Positions 1 through 13,425 of a stretch of DNA of 64,000 nt are shown piece after piece (the stretch's first letter is position 1; each line of letters starts with the position of its first letter). The stretch is from the human T2T-CHM13v2.0 reference genome, Homo sapiens. The stretch lies in NCBI RefSeq assembly GCF_009914755.1, contig NC_060937.1. One strand, given 5' to 3'. The notes under the pieces were generated by a model, which worked only from the letters and a program-made list of their open reading frames with translations, made no database searches and was not told where the DNA came from. A program made the position numbers and the translations under genes.

Positions 1-80
1 GTTCCATAAAAATTCAACTGAAATGGCTTAGATTTAGTATGAAATGTAAGAAATAAATATATCTTAAACTGTCTGCATTA

Positions 81-406
<326 letters not shown>

Positions 407-2196
407 AACTGTCTGCATTAAACAACTTATTTTTCAATGATATAAATGATTAAACTCTGAGTATTCCTTTAGGGCACTGTCTTTTGGCCTTTTGTAGTCT
501 CTGCAGTACCAAACTGAAACTCTTCTAACATGAACACTTTTTTTCCACCAGCACTACTAGTCCTGTTACCCTGAAAATCTTCTTCACCCTCATAAGGATT
601 CAAGAGCCAATTTCTTGAGCCAAGTGACAGGACAGCTAAAGAGTACTAAGGAAATATTAAATTGGATGATTTTTTTCTCATTGGCTAGACTGTAAGTATT
701 CTGATCTAGAGATGAATTTACAGATTAGTCACTACATTTGGTGACAAAATCACTGGGCATAAATACTTAGTGATTTGCCAAGAAATAACTATAAATTACT
801 TTTGCAGTATAAAACATTTAGGTCAAGCTTGGATAATGAAACTTTTATCTCAAATTCTAATCTTTGCTCCATCAACTGATAACCTCCATGTTCCATGTTC
901 TAAGCATAAACGAGAAATACTAAAAAGCATTTTCTTAGTAACTCATCAAAATCTTTTCTATGTGATGGAATTAATTAAAATTTCAACATGTGTTCTTGTA
1001 ATCTTGTAATCTTCAATAATCCTGGAGGGCTATGTCCAATAAAAGGGTTAGAGGGTATAGTTCAATAGATTTTATATAGCATCTGATAAAATATCTCAAA
1101 ATATATAGGTAGCAATATTACTAAATGGAGCTAATTCAGTATTTCATGCTATCGATGTACTCACTTACATATATGGATTTGTTATTCTCTGCTCTGCATG
1201 TTATAAATGCTTTAGTATAGAGTTTTAACTACTCCAGAGACTTGAAAATTGGCAGAGGTTGCTGCAATAAAGTTAGTCTTAAAATAACTGAAACTTCACA
1301 GCTGCCCAAAATATACTGTTGTAAAACTATCATCAGGACTTAGAAGGGACTTACTGTCAGATTGAAATTATTTGTAAAAGAGATATTGATGAGTCCATAA
1401 ATCTAAGTAAGCACTTCCGAAACTTGAATGAATTGTGCATTAAAAATTTATAGTGTGGTGATTTGAAGATCTTATTCTGTTTTAAGGGTTGTTATGTAAT
1501 TTTAAAGCATGTAACAATTTGAAAGTATAATATGGATCAAGTTAATGTCAGGACATCTTTTTCTGAGAAAGAGAAATAATTTAATACTTTGGTGTTATTT
1601 CCCAAAGTTGTATTTAAACTGTATGTACTAAAAGAGTGCTATCTTAATCCAATAGCACTTGTCTATTTCTAATATATATATTTTTCTCTCTGATCAATTT
1701 TCAAGTCTGTGCTATTTTCTTCATTTTTCCATTCTCTAGTTCTAATAAGAGACAAATAAAGGAATTACTAATCTTATCTCACAGAGATAATTCAGCTGTT
1801 GAAATAATTATAATATTTATATCACTTGGATAACAAAATGCAGTATAGAAAAATAGTCTAGTAGAAGGTTTAACAGATAAACTGGTCGATTGTGTTATAA
1901 TGAGCATTTAAGGCTGACAGAAAACAGGCGAGTAGATGAATCTAACATTTGCTATTTAGTAATTCTATGGATATATAACCTAATACAAACATGAAAGAAA
2001 ACAATCTAAGAAACTTAACAACAAACAGAGTATACAACTATCACAGTAAGAACTCTCCTTTTGAAAATAAATATAACTCATCTAAATGGAAGGTTGGGCA
2101 TGTTAAAAACACATACACTGATTCCAGTAAAACTTTGAGAACAAAAAATAAATAAATTAGGACACTAAATAATATACAAAATATTAAATCCAAATA

Positions 2197-2512
2197 GAGA
2201 TGCTTTCCAACTTATGATGGGATTATGGTCCAATAAATCCACTGTAAATGGAAAATATAATAAATCAAAAATGCATTTAATGTACCTAACCTATGGAACA
2301 TCATAGCTTAGCCTAGTCTACCTTAAATGTGCTCAGAACATTTACATTAGCCTATAGTTGGGCAATATCATCTAACACAAAGTCTGTTTTATAATATGGT
2401 GTTGAATATCATGTAATTTATTGAATACTGTATATTATGTCAAAATTGTGATGATTTTGTACCAGGTAAGGGCAAAAGAATTGTTTGTTGAACTATCTAA
2501 GCTGGGCATCTG
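2197..2512 (+). mobile_element. MER47A-like Tigger (TcMar) non-autonomous DNA transposon
   Basis: Matches recalled MER47A consensus (AATGCATTTAAT..CCTAACCTA..AACATCATAGCTTAGCCTAG); ends GAGATGC..GCATCTG flanked by TA on both sides. Confidence 0.8.
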
Positions 2513-3359
2513 TATTTCAATCGAACTGAACTGTAACATTTTTCTATTACTCTTGAGAAATCTTTTCTTCATACAACAAACATTCTAGACTGGCTATATT
2601 GAACAGTAATAGGATTTTAGGAATGCAAGCTGAAACGATTTATCTTGATTACTAGAAAGCCTAACAGAAGTAATTGGCCCATACATATTTTGTCATCAAA
2701 TTCCTGATCATTTCCAAAGAAGTTATCATACTCTACAAAAAGTTGAGAAAGAGGAATAAATCAAAATATTATATCTTCTAACCACTAATATTTAAAGAAG
2801 CACAAAAAAGATAATGGAACACAACGTTGCTTTTTTTATAAATCACAATCAAACAACAAAGCTGTTTTATTATAAATCTATCTTTAGATACGATAATCTG
2901 GTTAGGAAGTAAAATTATTAACAAATGTAGATTTGGGAGTTAGTTGTCCATGAAAAGTTTTCATAGAGATTTTGTAGAATAATAAATTATACAAATACTA
3001 GGGAGATATATTCTCCTAGTTTATAATTTTTTTTAGTTTCTTATATCACAAAATTATTTTTACCTACATTTTATCAAATTAGAAATAATAGAGGTTAATC
3101 ACAATAATTCCAATAAATCTCAGAGAATTATCTTTAACCTAGAACCAGCTAAGAATTTTTGGTGAATTATTTACCCTAAATGACTTGTGAAATAGAAAAA
3201 TTCTGGGAAAGATCTTTGTCTTCTGTATAAAAGAAGAAAAATAGAAAAAGAAAAAATAGATTGAGAGGCATTGTCCTTTATTATATTAATAGAAGGAAGA
3301 ATATGGAGAAATGGCAAAGAGAAGGTCTAAAATAGGATTCAATAAGATCTTATGTCTGC

Positions 3360-4140
3360 ATGTCTGTTTTGGGAAGAGGAATGTGAATAAAGATAATTTT
3401 GAGAATGAGCAGCCAGAAATGTAGATAAAATCCTGTGTAGTCTAGTCTCAGAAAGCCAAGGAAACCCAAGTGTTTCAAGATTGAGACTGTAAACAATGCC
3501 AAGTCTGGAAGATAGCTGGTGTAACATATTGGTGATATTGATGAAATCTGGTTTATGAAATGTTGTGGGTGGGAATGAGCTTGCAGTCACATAAAAAAGA
3601 GTGAGAAATGAGATTCAGTCAGGGAATGACTCAGTGTCATTAGGACACAGTAGTAATGAATGTGGGCTACTCTTTCCAAAACTTTTGCTATAAATAGAAG
3701 AGTTAAGATAACAGTAAATTCAGGGGAATACGAAGTTTAAAAATTTTTCTTATTTTTGTTTTTTGTGGCTGATGTTTGTACAATTAGAGAGATATAAAAA
3801 AAGTTTGAAGTTTGAATGGAAATTTTCAGAAAGAGGAGAACCAAAAAGCATAGTCCGTGGAAATAAGTCTTTGGTAGAACTGCAAGAAGCTGTAGTAGGA
3901 AACCAGGGAATTAAATTTATACAAGGGAGTTACAGTAATTTCAGTGTGATTCAAATGAGGAAGAAAGTAATATTTTTGGAAGCAGCTGAATTTGTATGTT
4001 TAGTCACAAAAGTAGACAAATCTCATCTGTAAAGAGAGGAGAGGGTTGTCAGGTGAAGAGTTTAGGGCAATAAAGATGGCATGAAATTGTTAATGTGATG
4101 AACGTGGTAGAAACCCAAATAAGGAACCTAAGTCTTAGAG
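3360..4140 (-). mobile_element. Degraded L2 fragment
   Basis: L2-like motif AGAAAGCCAAGG..GTGTTTCAAG in a purine-rich context; boundaries approximate. Confidence 0.4.
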
Positions 4141-4359
4141 GGAGAGATTTGTGAATGAAAGAATAATGCTGAAATATAATTGCTTCCTGTATTCTCTCTC
4201 TTCCAACAATTAAATCACAGAATGATTCTGCTTTCTGAATTGTTTGTGGTTCTACTAAATTTTCAGCCCTTATGAAATCAAATAATAAAATGACCTTTTA
4301 TATCGATTGTGTATCACAGACCTTCAGTACAATGCTGGTACTTGGTGATTAATATATTC

Positions 4360-4664
4360 TTTTTTTTTTTTTTTTTTTTTTTTGAGACGGAGTCTCACTC
4401 TGTCACCCAGGCTGGAGTGCAGTGGCGCGATGTTGGCTCACTGCAACCTCCGACTTCGGGTTCACGCCATTCTCCTGCCTCAGCCTCCCGAGTAGCTGGG
4501 ACTACAGGCGCCCACCACCAGACCCGGCTAAGTTTTTATATTTTTTAGTAGAGACGGGGTTTCACCGTGTTAGCTAGGATGGTCTCGATCTCCTGACCTT
4601 GTGATCCGCCCACCTCGGCCTCCCGAAGTGCTGGGATTACAGGCCTGAGCCACCGCGCCTGGCC
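4360..4664 (-). mobile_element. Alu (AluY/Sc8-like), full length
   Basis: Poly-T then reverse Alu with TTCACGCCATTCTCC and CCGTGTTAGC; TSD TAATATATTCTTTT at 4350 and 4665. Confidence 0.95.
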
Positions 4665-5356
4665 TAATATATTCTTTTTAGATTAAAAATAAATGTGTTT
4701 ATGTACACTATAGATCTCAATTCGTTTGACAAACAATTGCAAATGACTGAGACATTTGTCATAGTAGGAAACAGCAGTCAGAGAATGGAGAGGTTAAATC
4801 TGAAATTTCAGATGTAGTGCTTTTCTGGATTGATAACAAATTCTAAAGAATGGTCTTGTCAGTAAATGGCTTATGTGAAGTAGAAGGGAAAGTTGTTTTA
4901 GGTTATGGAGGAAAGGAACTTGCAATTTTTATAGGCAACAAGTTTCTTCCATGAATATATAATTTTACACACAAAAAAGTAGTCAGAATACATGTAAAAC
5001 TTATATAACATAGAGGGAGTTCCTTGGCTTATGTGATAAAATAAAACATAGCATTTTTTTCAGTTGTAAAATATTCTTTTACAAAAGTTAAAATCTATAC
5101 TGATTTGGAAGGTAAGAAAAAAACATAATGGGTATTACGGATCCCTGAGGTGATTCCATTGACAGAGCAATAGAGAAGGGAAAAGAAAGAATAAAAAAGA
5201 CAAAACAATAAGACATAAAACAGTAACGGATTGAAAGAAAATGAATTGTATATTTGAAAGACTGCAGTGCTCATCAAACTAAAGTAAAATGTCAAATATG
5301 AGAAAAGTATTTTGTAGAATAAATCACAAAGAAAAGGACTTTGGGGAATTTTAAAA

Positions 5357-5600
5357 ATAATATGAGCTATTCTTTGTGCACCTGAAACATGTCAGATACC
5401 ATGCTAAGAAATTTATATTTATTAAATAATTCAATTCTTCCACAAATCCTCTGAACTAGATATTACTTTTTAGTATTTTACAGATGAGGTGACTAAGGTT
5501 TGGAGTAGGTAGATGATTCTGCCAAAATCTTACAATAAGCATGTGGAAACACTGGGAATTCAACCTTGCTTGACTCACTTTAAAACATATATCCTTAGCA
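5357..5600 (-). mobile_element. MIR SINE
   Basis: MIR core ATTTTACAGATGAGG plus flanking MIR-like sequence. Confidence 0.75.
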
Positions 5601-5868
5601 TTATCCCCTGTAACTTGTCTATGATTACAATGCTATGCTCATATTACTTAGGTTACAATACAGGACTGAATAGGTAGTCAGATATTTGACAAAAGGGCCA
5701 TAAATTATAACCTCTATAGTAAAATAAAGGAAAGGTTGATAAGGAAATTTGTTATTGAGGATGAAGAGTTGAAGACTAATAGCAAATGAGCAAGAACAAA
5801 AGAAATGGCATTTTACATGAAACGAAACTGACAAATATCCACAGTGTTCAAATTAAAAATCTAACAGA

Positions 5869-6323
5869 TGTGATTATTTTGAATTCCCGAAGAAGCAGAT
5901 TCCGAGACAAAGATATGAATCCAAATAATTTACTTTGGAGATTTTCCCATGAAATACCCGCAGACGAGTGCAAAAGTGAAAACAAAAATAAAGGAATATA
6001 ATAGAAAATATGTTATCAAGCAACTTATTGTGAGCAAGTAGGACTCAATGCTTCTGGGGAATTCTGAAAAAAAGTTGTACAGTCTGTACCTCAAAACTTC
6101 GTTCTCTGATGGGTTACGGAGCTAAATCGTATGTATAGCCACTTTCAGCAGTCATTGGTTGAAAGCGACTTCAAAGGGGTGTTAATTCCCTGGTACTTCT
6201 GGCCTGCCATGCATGCATGCTGAGTGAGCTCTGCAGCCAGATTAAGTGGATGCTGACATTGCTATTTGGCTAAGTACGTCTGAAATAGTAAACACTACTA
6301 GAGCATCAACAGTGTCTGCTACA
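5869..6323 (-). mobile_element. ERVL solo LTR (LTR33/LTR16-like)
   Basis: AGAAGCAGATTCCGAGACAAAGAT motif; terminus CATCAACAGTGTCTGCTACA (minus strand TGTAGCAGACACTG). Confidence 0.6.
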
Positions 6324-9300
6324 GTGATATTGAACTCAGAAGTATTAAAAACATGCCAAAAAATGAACTTTATATATGGTTCTAGAAAATCTAAAGATTA
6401 ATTCTCATATTTGAAAATTGTATTATAATATTCCACCCACTCATTGAATGAGGGAGAATGAAGCATAGTGTAATAACACTGCCCTTAAAAGCAACACTTA
6501 GTGAATTTATGTAATAGGATGTGTCTATTACAGAACATATTCACTTGCCAAAATAAATTACATTGGAAACACCTGCCTACTTTTGAAATTTCTTTTTTAC
6601 AACTAACAAGTACAATTCTTTACTATTTCAAAGTTGTCCTTGCTAGATCTAGATAAGTGAGCCAACACGAAGTACACATATGCAGAATTTGTGGTAACTT
6701 GTGATACAACACATATGCTGTATAGTTTGTTGGGATTATAAAAAAGTAAACCAATACCAATGACAGAATGAAGTGACATATGCTAAACATTGAAGAAATA
6801 CTGAAACAAAAGCATCTTTCTTAGCCACAGAAATTGACACACACTTTGCCAAAACTTAATATTCATTATTGAATCTTTAATTACAGAAAGGGGAATCAAT
6901 TTCTCAGGAGAACTAAAATTGAATTTCAGTAATACATCCAAATAATGCTCAATAACATATGGTTTCCTCAATAATAATTTCAAGCACTGAAATTGAGTGG
7001 ATATACGCATTTATCATAAGAGAGACTTTGATGAAGTTAAGGGCATAACTAAATTGCAACTCAGTGAAGAAGCTAATTGGTAAGGCGATAAAGGCTGTCC
7101 CTAAGTATGCCATTGGTTTTTCTCTGTGTGTGGAGGGGAACACTGAAAACCTGGAAGCATAAATGGATACATACAATAAATAAATATATGGTAGCACAAA
7201 TATATAAAAATTCTTCCTGTCTTACTGATAATGACATGGGGTGCTGAAATGGCATACGTTCTGATATTCTAACATTATTCTTTGCATCTCTCAAACTGAA
7301 ACTCATTTCAGCAGTACAATTTTCCACAGTTTGAGGAATCTCATGTTTGTTCATACTTTAAAGTCTTCATATTTGCTTTCCTTTTGTCTGATATACAATT
7401 TTATTATCTTCTTCTATCTAAAATGTCAAATGTCTGCTTAAAATTATCTCTTCCAATAAGGAGATAATGTTAGGCATTTTTAAAAGTTGTTTTATTAACT
7501 CAATGCTCACTTTGATAATATTTTGACATGCCACACACAATAATTTTATAGTACTTCTCTATAACGGGATGATTTTTAAATAATGCATGTAAAATTCTAC
7601 TTAATTCCAACCAATACGTGATTTCATTATATTGTCTCTTGCAATAAAAAATTTAAAATACTAATGACTATAATATTTTTTGTTTTTTGTATTCCAATAT
7701 ACCCTCAGACAAAATTTTAAGTGGATGTTAAAGTATTAACTGTATGTGTGATGTTGTACAGCAGATCTCTAGAACTTATTTATCTTGAATAACTGAAGCT
7801 TTGTAACCATCAAATGGCAATTCCCCATTTCCCCCTCCCATATCCTGCTCTAGGTTCTATGTTTGACTATTTTTGATACCTCATATAAGTGGAAACATGC
7901 AATATTTGTCCTTTTCTGACTGGCTTATATCACTTAGCATAATGCATGTTGTTGCATTTTACAAGATTTTCTACTTTTTTTAAAGGCTGAATAATATTCC
8001 ATTGTATGTTTATACCAGTATAATCTTTATCCATTCATCTGTTGAACATTTACATTGTTTTTACATTTTAACTGGTGTGAATAATGCTGCAATGAAAAAT
8101 AAAGTGCAAATACCTCTTTGAGATTTTGATTTCAATACTTTTAGATAAATACCAAGAAATGTTATAATAGTTCATTTTTTTATTTTTTAGAACCTCCATG
8201 CTATTTTGCATAATGTATGAAACAGGTTACGTTCAAACCAACATGTAAATGGGGTCCATTTTCTGTACATCCTCGCCAATACCTTTTAGCTTTTATTTTG
8301 TTGGTAATGCCTATCCTAACAAAAGATAATGTCTCATTGTGGTTTTGGTTTGTATTTACCTGATGGTTAGTGATGTCAGGCATTTTTAAATATACCTGTT
8401 AGACACTTGTATATTTTCTCTGGAGAAATATCTGTTCAGGTTTTTTGCCAATTTTTAGTTGGATTGTTAGATTTTTATAGGTTATCCAATTTGTTAAATG
8501 TAATTGTTCATTGTAGTTTCTTGTGATCCTTTTTATTTCTGTGGCATCAGTTGTAACATCTCCTCTTTCAGTGCTTAATGTATTTATTTGAGTTTTCTCT
8601 TTTTCTTAGTCCAGTTAAAGGTTTGTCAACTTCGTTTATCTTTTCAAAATGTTAACTCAATTTCATTCATTTTACTATTTTTTAATTTCACATTTAATTC
8701 ATTTCTGCTTTAAGCTTTATTTACTTTGATAACTTTTGGCTTAGACGTCGCTTGCTTTTCTAGTTCTTTGATGATTAAAGATAGATTATTTGAGATCTTT
8801 TTCTTTTTTAGGTAGGAATTTATTGCTGTAACTTTCCTGGTTAGTGCTGCTTTTGCTGCATCCCATTGGTTTTGGTATATTGTGCTTACATTTTCACCTG
8901 TCTCAAGATATTTTCTAATTTCCTTTTTTATTTTTTCATTGACCCATTCCATGTAGTCAGAAAATATACCTGATACAATTTCAATCAGCTTAAATTTGTT
9001 AATACTTGTTTTGTGGCCTAACATAGGCTCTATCCTGGATAATGTTCCAAGTGCACTTGAGAAAGATACACATTCTGTGGATGCGAGTTGGAAAATTCTG
9101 TATATGGCAGTTAGTTCTATTTGATCTATTGCCTTTTCAAAGTTTGCGGTTTCTTTATGTCTGGTTTAGATTTCCTATGATTATTAAAAATAGGTTATTG
9201 AAGTCTTTTACTTATATTAAAATCAATTCTTCCTTCAGTTCTATCAATGTTTGCTTTGTATATTTAGATGCTCTGATGTTGGTTTCCAATATATTTATAC

Positions 9301-9879
9301 TTCTTATATATTCCTGAGTTAACCCTTTTATCATTAAATACAGTAACCTTATTTTTGTGATAATTTTAGACTTTGTCTATTTTTTTCTGAAAATAAGCAT
9401 AGCTACTCCTCCTTTCTTGCACAAAATATCTTTTTCAACCCTATGCTTTCAGACTATGTATGTTCTTAAGTCTATAATGTGTCTAATGTGAACAACATAT
9501 AGTTGAATCTTAGGTTTCTTTTGTTGTTTGTTTTTATCCATTCAGCCACTCTATGTGTACTGATGTTTAATCCATCTACATTTAAAGTAATATCAATTTT
9601 AGAGAACTTGCCATTACCACTTTATAATTATTTTCTGTCTTTTTGTAGTTCTTTTGTCCCTCTTTTACTGTCTTGCTGCCTTCTTTCATTTTTTGCTGAT
9701 TTTGTTTGTATTGATAAGCTTGTATTGTTTTCTCTTTTCTTTTGTATTTTCTATAGTTACTTTCTTTGTGGTTACCATGGGGCTAACAAAATTATCTTAT
9801 AGTTATGACTGTCAATTTTAAACCAATAACCACTCAACTTCACTTGCATACAAAACTACGTTTATACATCCCTCAACAC

Positions 9880-9940
9880 TCCACCTGCCTCGGCTTCCCG
9901 AAGTGCTGGGATTACAGATATGAGCCACAGCACCTAGCCA
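9880..9940 (-). mobile_element. Alu fragment (5' 60 bp only)
   Basis: TCCACCTGCCTCGGCTTCCCGAAGTGCTGGGATTACAG..CCTAGCC. Confidence 0.85.
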
Positions 9941-10155
9941 GATTTGATCATTTCCAATGACTTATCTGTACGTTTGCTGAACTTTTCTTCTGCTAGATCT
10001 AGTCTGCTGCTGAATTCCTCCACTGAAAATATTATTTCAGTTATTGTTTTCCTTATCTCCAAAATTTTTGTTTGGTACATTTAATGTTTTATTTCTGCTA
10101 AAAATTTCACTTCCTTCATGCATTGTATTCCTGACACCTTTGAGCATCTTTATGA

Positions 10156-10475
<320 letters not shown>

Positions 10476-13425
10476 TATGACAGTTATTTTAAATGTTATG
10501 TCTTATAAATTATATATCTCCATTTCATTAAGATTGTTTTCTGGAAATTTATTTTGTTCCTTTGTTTGGAACATGTTTCCCTGTTTCTTTATTTTTCTTG
10601 ACATCTTATGTTGGAAAAAAATAGCTGAGAAAATAACACTATTTTCTCAGTGTTCATAGAGAAAGCAACCTATCGTAGAGGAGAAATCATTCACAAATTA
10701 GCTTGGCCAGAGATTTTGGTAGCCTCTTAAGCTTTTATATGAGTGCAACCTGCCTTCTTTTTTTCTAGTGGCCCTCCATTTCTAGAATCTGACTGTCTCT
10801 GTTAAGTGCTCTGAGACAGTGAAACTAAAGCCAATCTGTTGGGAAGCCTCCAGAAAAGTTGAATTGTTAGACTATGTCCAATACTTTCCCTCCCTGGAGC
10901 AAACCTGATATATTTTGTTCTCTCCTGTTCACTCTATGCTGAACCCATGAGAGGGGCTATGGAAACTTGTTGCTTACTAGAAGAAACAACCATCTTCGTT
11001 TTCATGGATCTCCTGGTGTCTAGAGTATTGCAGGCTTCAGCATTCTGAAGCGGTCAAGACAGAAGCGATTCCTTTGGAGAGCACCCAAAATACTTGGAAC
11101 ATTAGATGCACAGTCTAACTCTTTCCCTCTTCAGAGAGAAGCTGGAAGGTGAATTTTTTTTTTGTTTGTTTTTGGTCTACTTAGGCTGTGCTAAGTCTAA
11201 GGAGGGAAGTATGGTAATCGTTAGCCCAAACCACTGTCTTTGTTATTATAGGCCCATAGATGGCTAGAGAATGCCAGTACGTCAGTTCCCATCAGTACTG
11301 CATTACAGAAGTCAGTCTTCTTGGCATCCTTGGAAAAGTTGGGACATTGATCTTTTGGGTTGTCAACTCTCCCTCCCCAGGGAGAAACTGGGAGGTTTTT
11401 TCTCCTGATCATATGATGCTGTGCTGGCAGTAAGAATTATGCCTAGGTGTCTTTTATTTATCTATTGGCTTAAATGTGGCTTGGTATCCTCACTCAGGAT
11501 GAAGGAGCCTTCTCAGTAGTTTCTGGATTACTTACAAAGAGAATTTTTCTGTGTATTGTTGTTGAATCAGTGTGTTAATGAATGGAATGAGGGTCCAGGG
11601 CTTCCTATCACCCCATCTTGTTGACATCACCCCCTATATTAGAATTTAAATCCTGCAGAATCTCCAGTCCCTATGTTAGATATTATATGGAAGGTTCTAA
11701 ATATTCCCTTCTAATTCATTTCGTTTTTCTTCAAAATAAATATTAGTGTTTGAGACAACAAAAAAACATAAATTTTCCCACCGCATAACTTCTTTCTATA
11801 TTAAAATGTCAGTGAAAGCACTGAAATAACTGATTACCAAGTGATTAGAATAACATTAATTGTAGGACTTATAAATGACAATTCAATGAGATTAATCTTA
11901 CTACGAGGTCAAACATATATATGACTTTTAAAAATGTCACTCTCATTTTCTTTTTTTTGCTTTTAAATAATATTTAATTTAGTTTGTGCTATTAGAGAAA
12001 AAATTATTTTAACATTTAATTCAACAAATGGCAAGCCAAACTGGTTGGTATATGAGCAATTTTGACAAAAATAAAGTCTTTAACAGAAAACTATACCTAC
12101 TCCCTTCTCTATATGTTTGAGACATACTGGGGAGGCTGACCAGAAAACTAAGCAAAGCTGCTATATTAACTTTATACTCTCGGTTAATCAATCTATTAAA
12201 TTTTGTGGCAAGTAATATTTACTATTTCATAAATTGTAAGACTTTGTAGAAGACTGTTGTAGAATTTATTTTATAATTCTCTTAAAGCTTAAAGAAACTC
12301 ATATGAAGTATTTTTAGATATTTCTCTTAAAAAATTAACTACATCTACCAATAAAGGGAAGTCAGGTGTACTAACCTTTAGTTTCTGAAACCATCTTAAG
12401 TGACCCAGAACTTCAGAAAACTTCTATTAGCATGGCTGACTTCTAGCCCACTTTTTTACTTAATAGCTTTGCTCTTAAGAATCTCATGCAAAATTCACTG
12501 GATATTATGGCAGAATGGATCATGTCAGCCTACTGTGCTGAAGCAGGAAGGAGAGTGAGAATGGGGCTTTTGCTTAATGCTTATGACACATTGCAAGTAG
12601 CACCTAGAAACTTAGAGCTGGGAGAGAGGAAAAGTAAAATTGCTGGGCTTTGCAAATAAGTAATATTTCTAGAGATGTCATAATTCATGTACCTAAATGC
12701 TGATATTATTTAGTCCACTTTGTTGTATAGTACTGAAGCAGAGCCAGTTCACAGGAAAACTCAGCCTCAGATTGGTACAGGATAATATAAGACACACACC
12801 ACTTACCTGGAAAAGTGATAGAATTAAATTTAGAGGCTTAAGGGACACTTCTACCTAAATGCCACCAGACATTCAGTTAAATTTAAATTTTCTCTATCGC
12901 AGACCACCAAATATTTGCTTTTTGATACCAAGCAAATCATAAAGTGAGATGCCTACAGAAGAATAATAAAAGCGAGTTTGTTATATACTGGCTTATCCAC
13001 AGAATTCATTTTAAACGTTTTCATACAACTCTCTGCATGATAAAAAATATACGTTCCAGCTGAAATTCTTCTAGCATATAGAAAATAGTGAAATGAGAAA
13101 AAAAATAATAATCTCAACTTTTTGAAATTACACTCCATAAATAAGTCTCAAAATAACACAATAAGTGGTTTTAACACAGATCTATTTGTTTAAAATATTG
13201 AGATATGCTTTTGGAAAATTTAAAATATAGGAACAGCTGCTTTAAATTTCTCTACTGAAAGTAATTCCATTTATGTAAAAAGAAACATGAAATGTACATG
13301 CTGAAGAATTACAATTGCTTTTTACTAAGTTCTGGGTATTATTAATAAAAGTTACATAGATGTATTATTTTGAATCTATACATATTGCTGGAGGGGAAAA
13401 CACAGTGCTATGGTGCTACGAGGAG

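Noticed and set aside
12600-12812. Possible minus-strand exon (CAG|GTAAGT donor near 12806)
   Set aside because: Isolated splice motif with no supported acceptor or recognisable coding frame.
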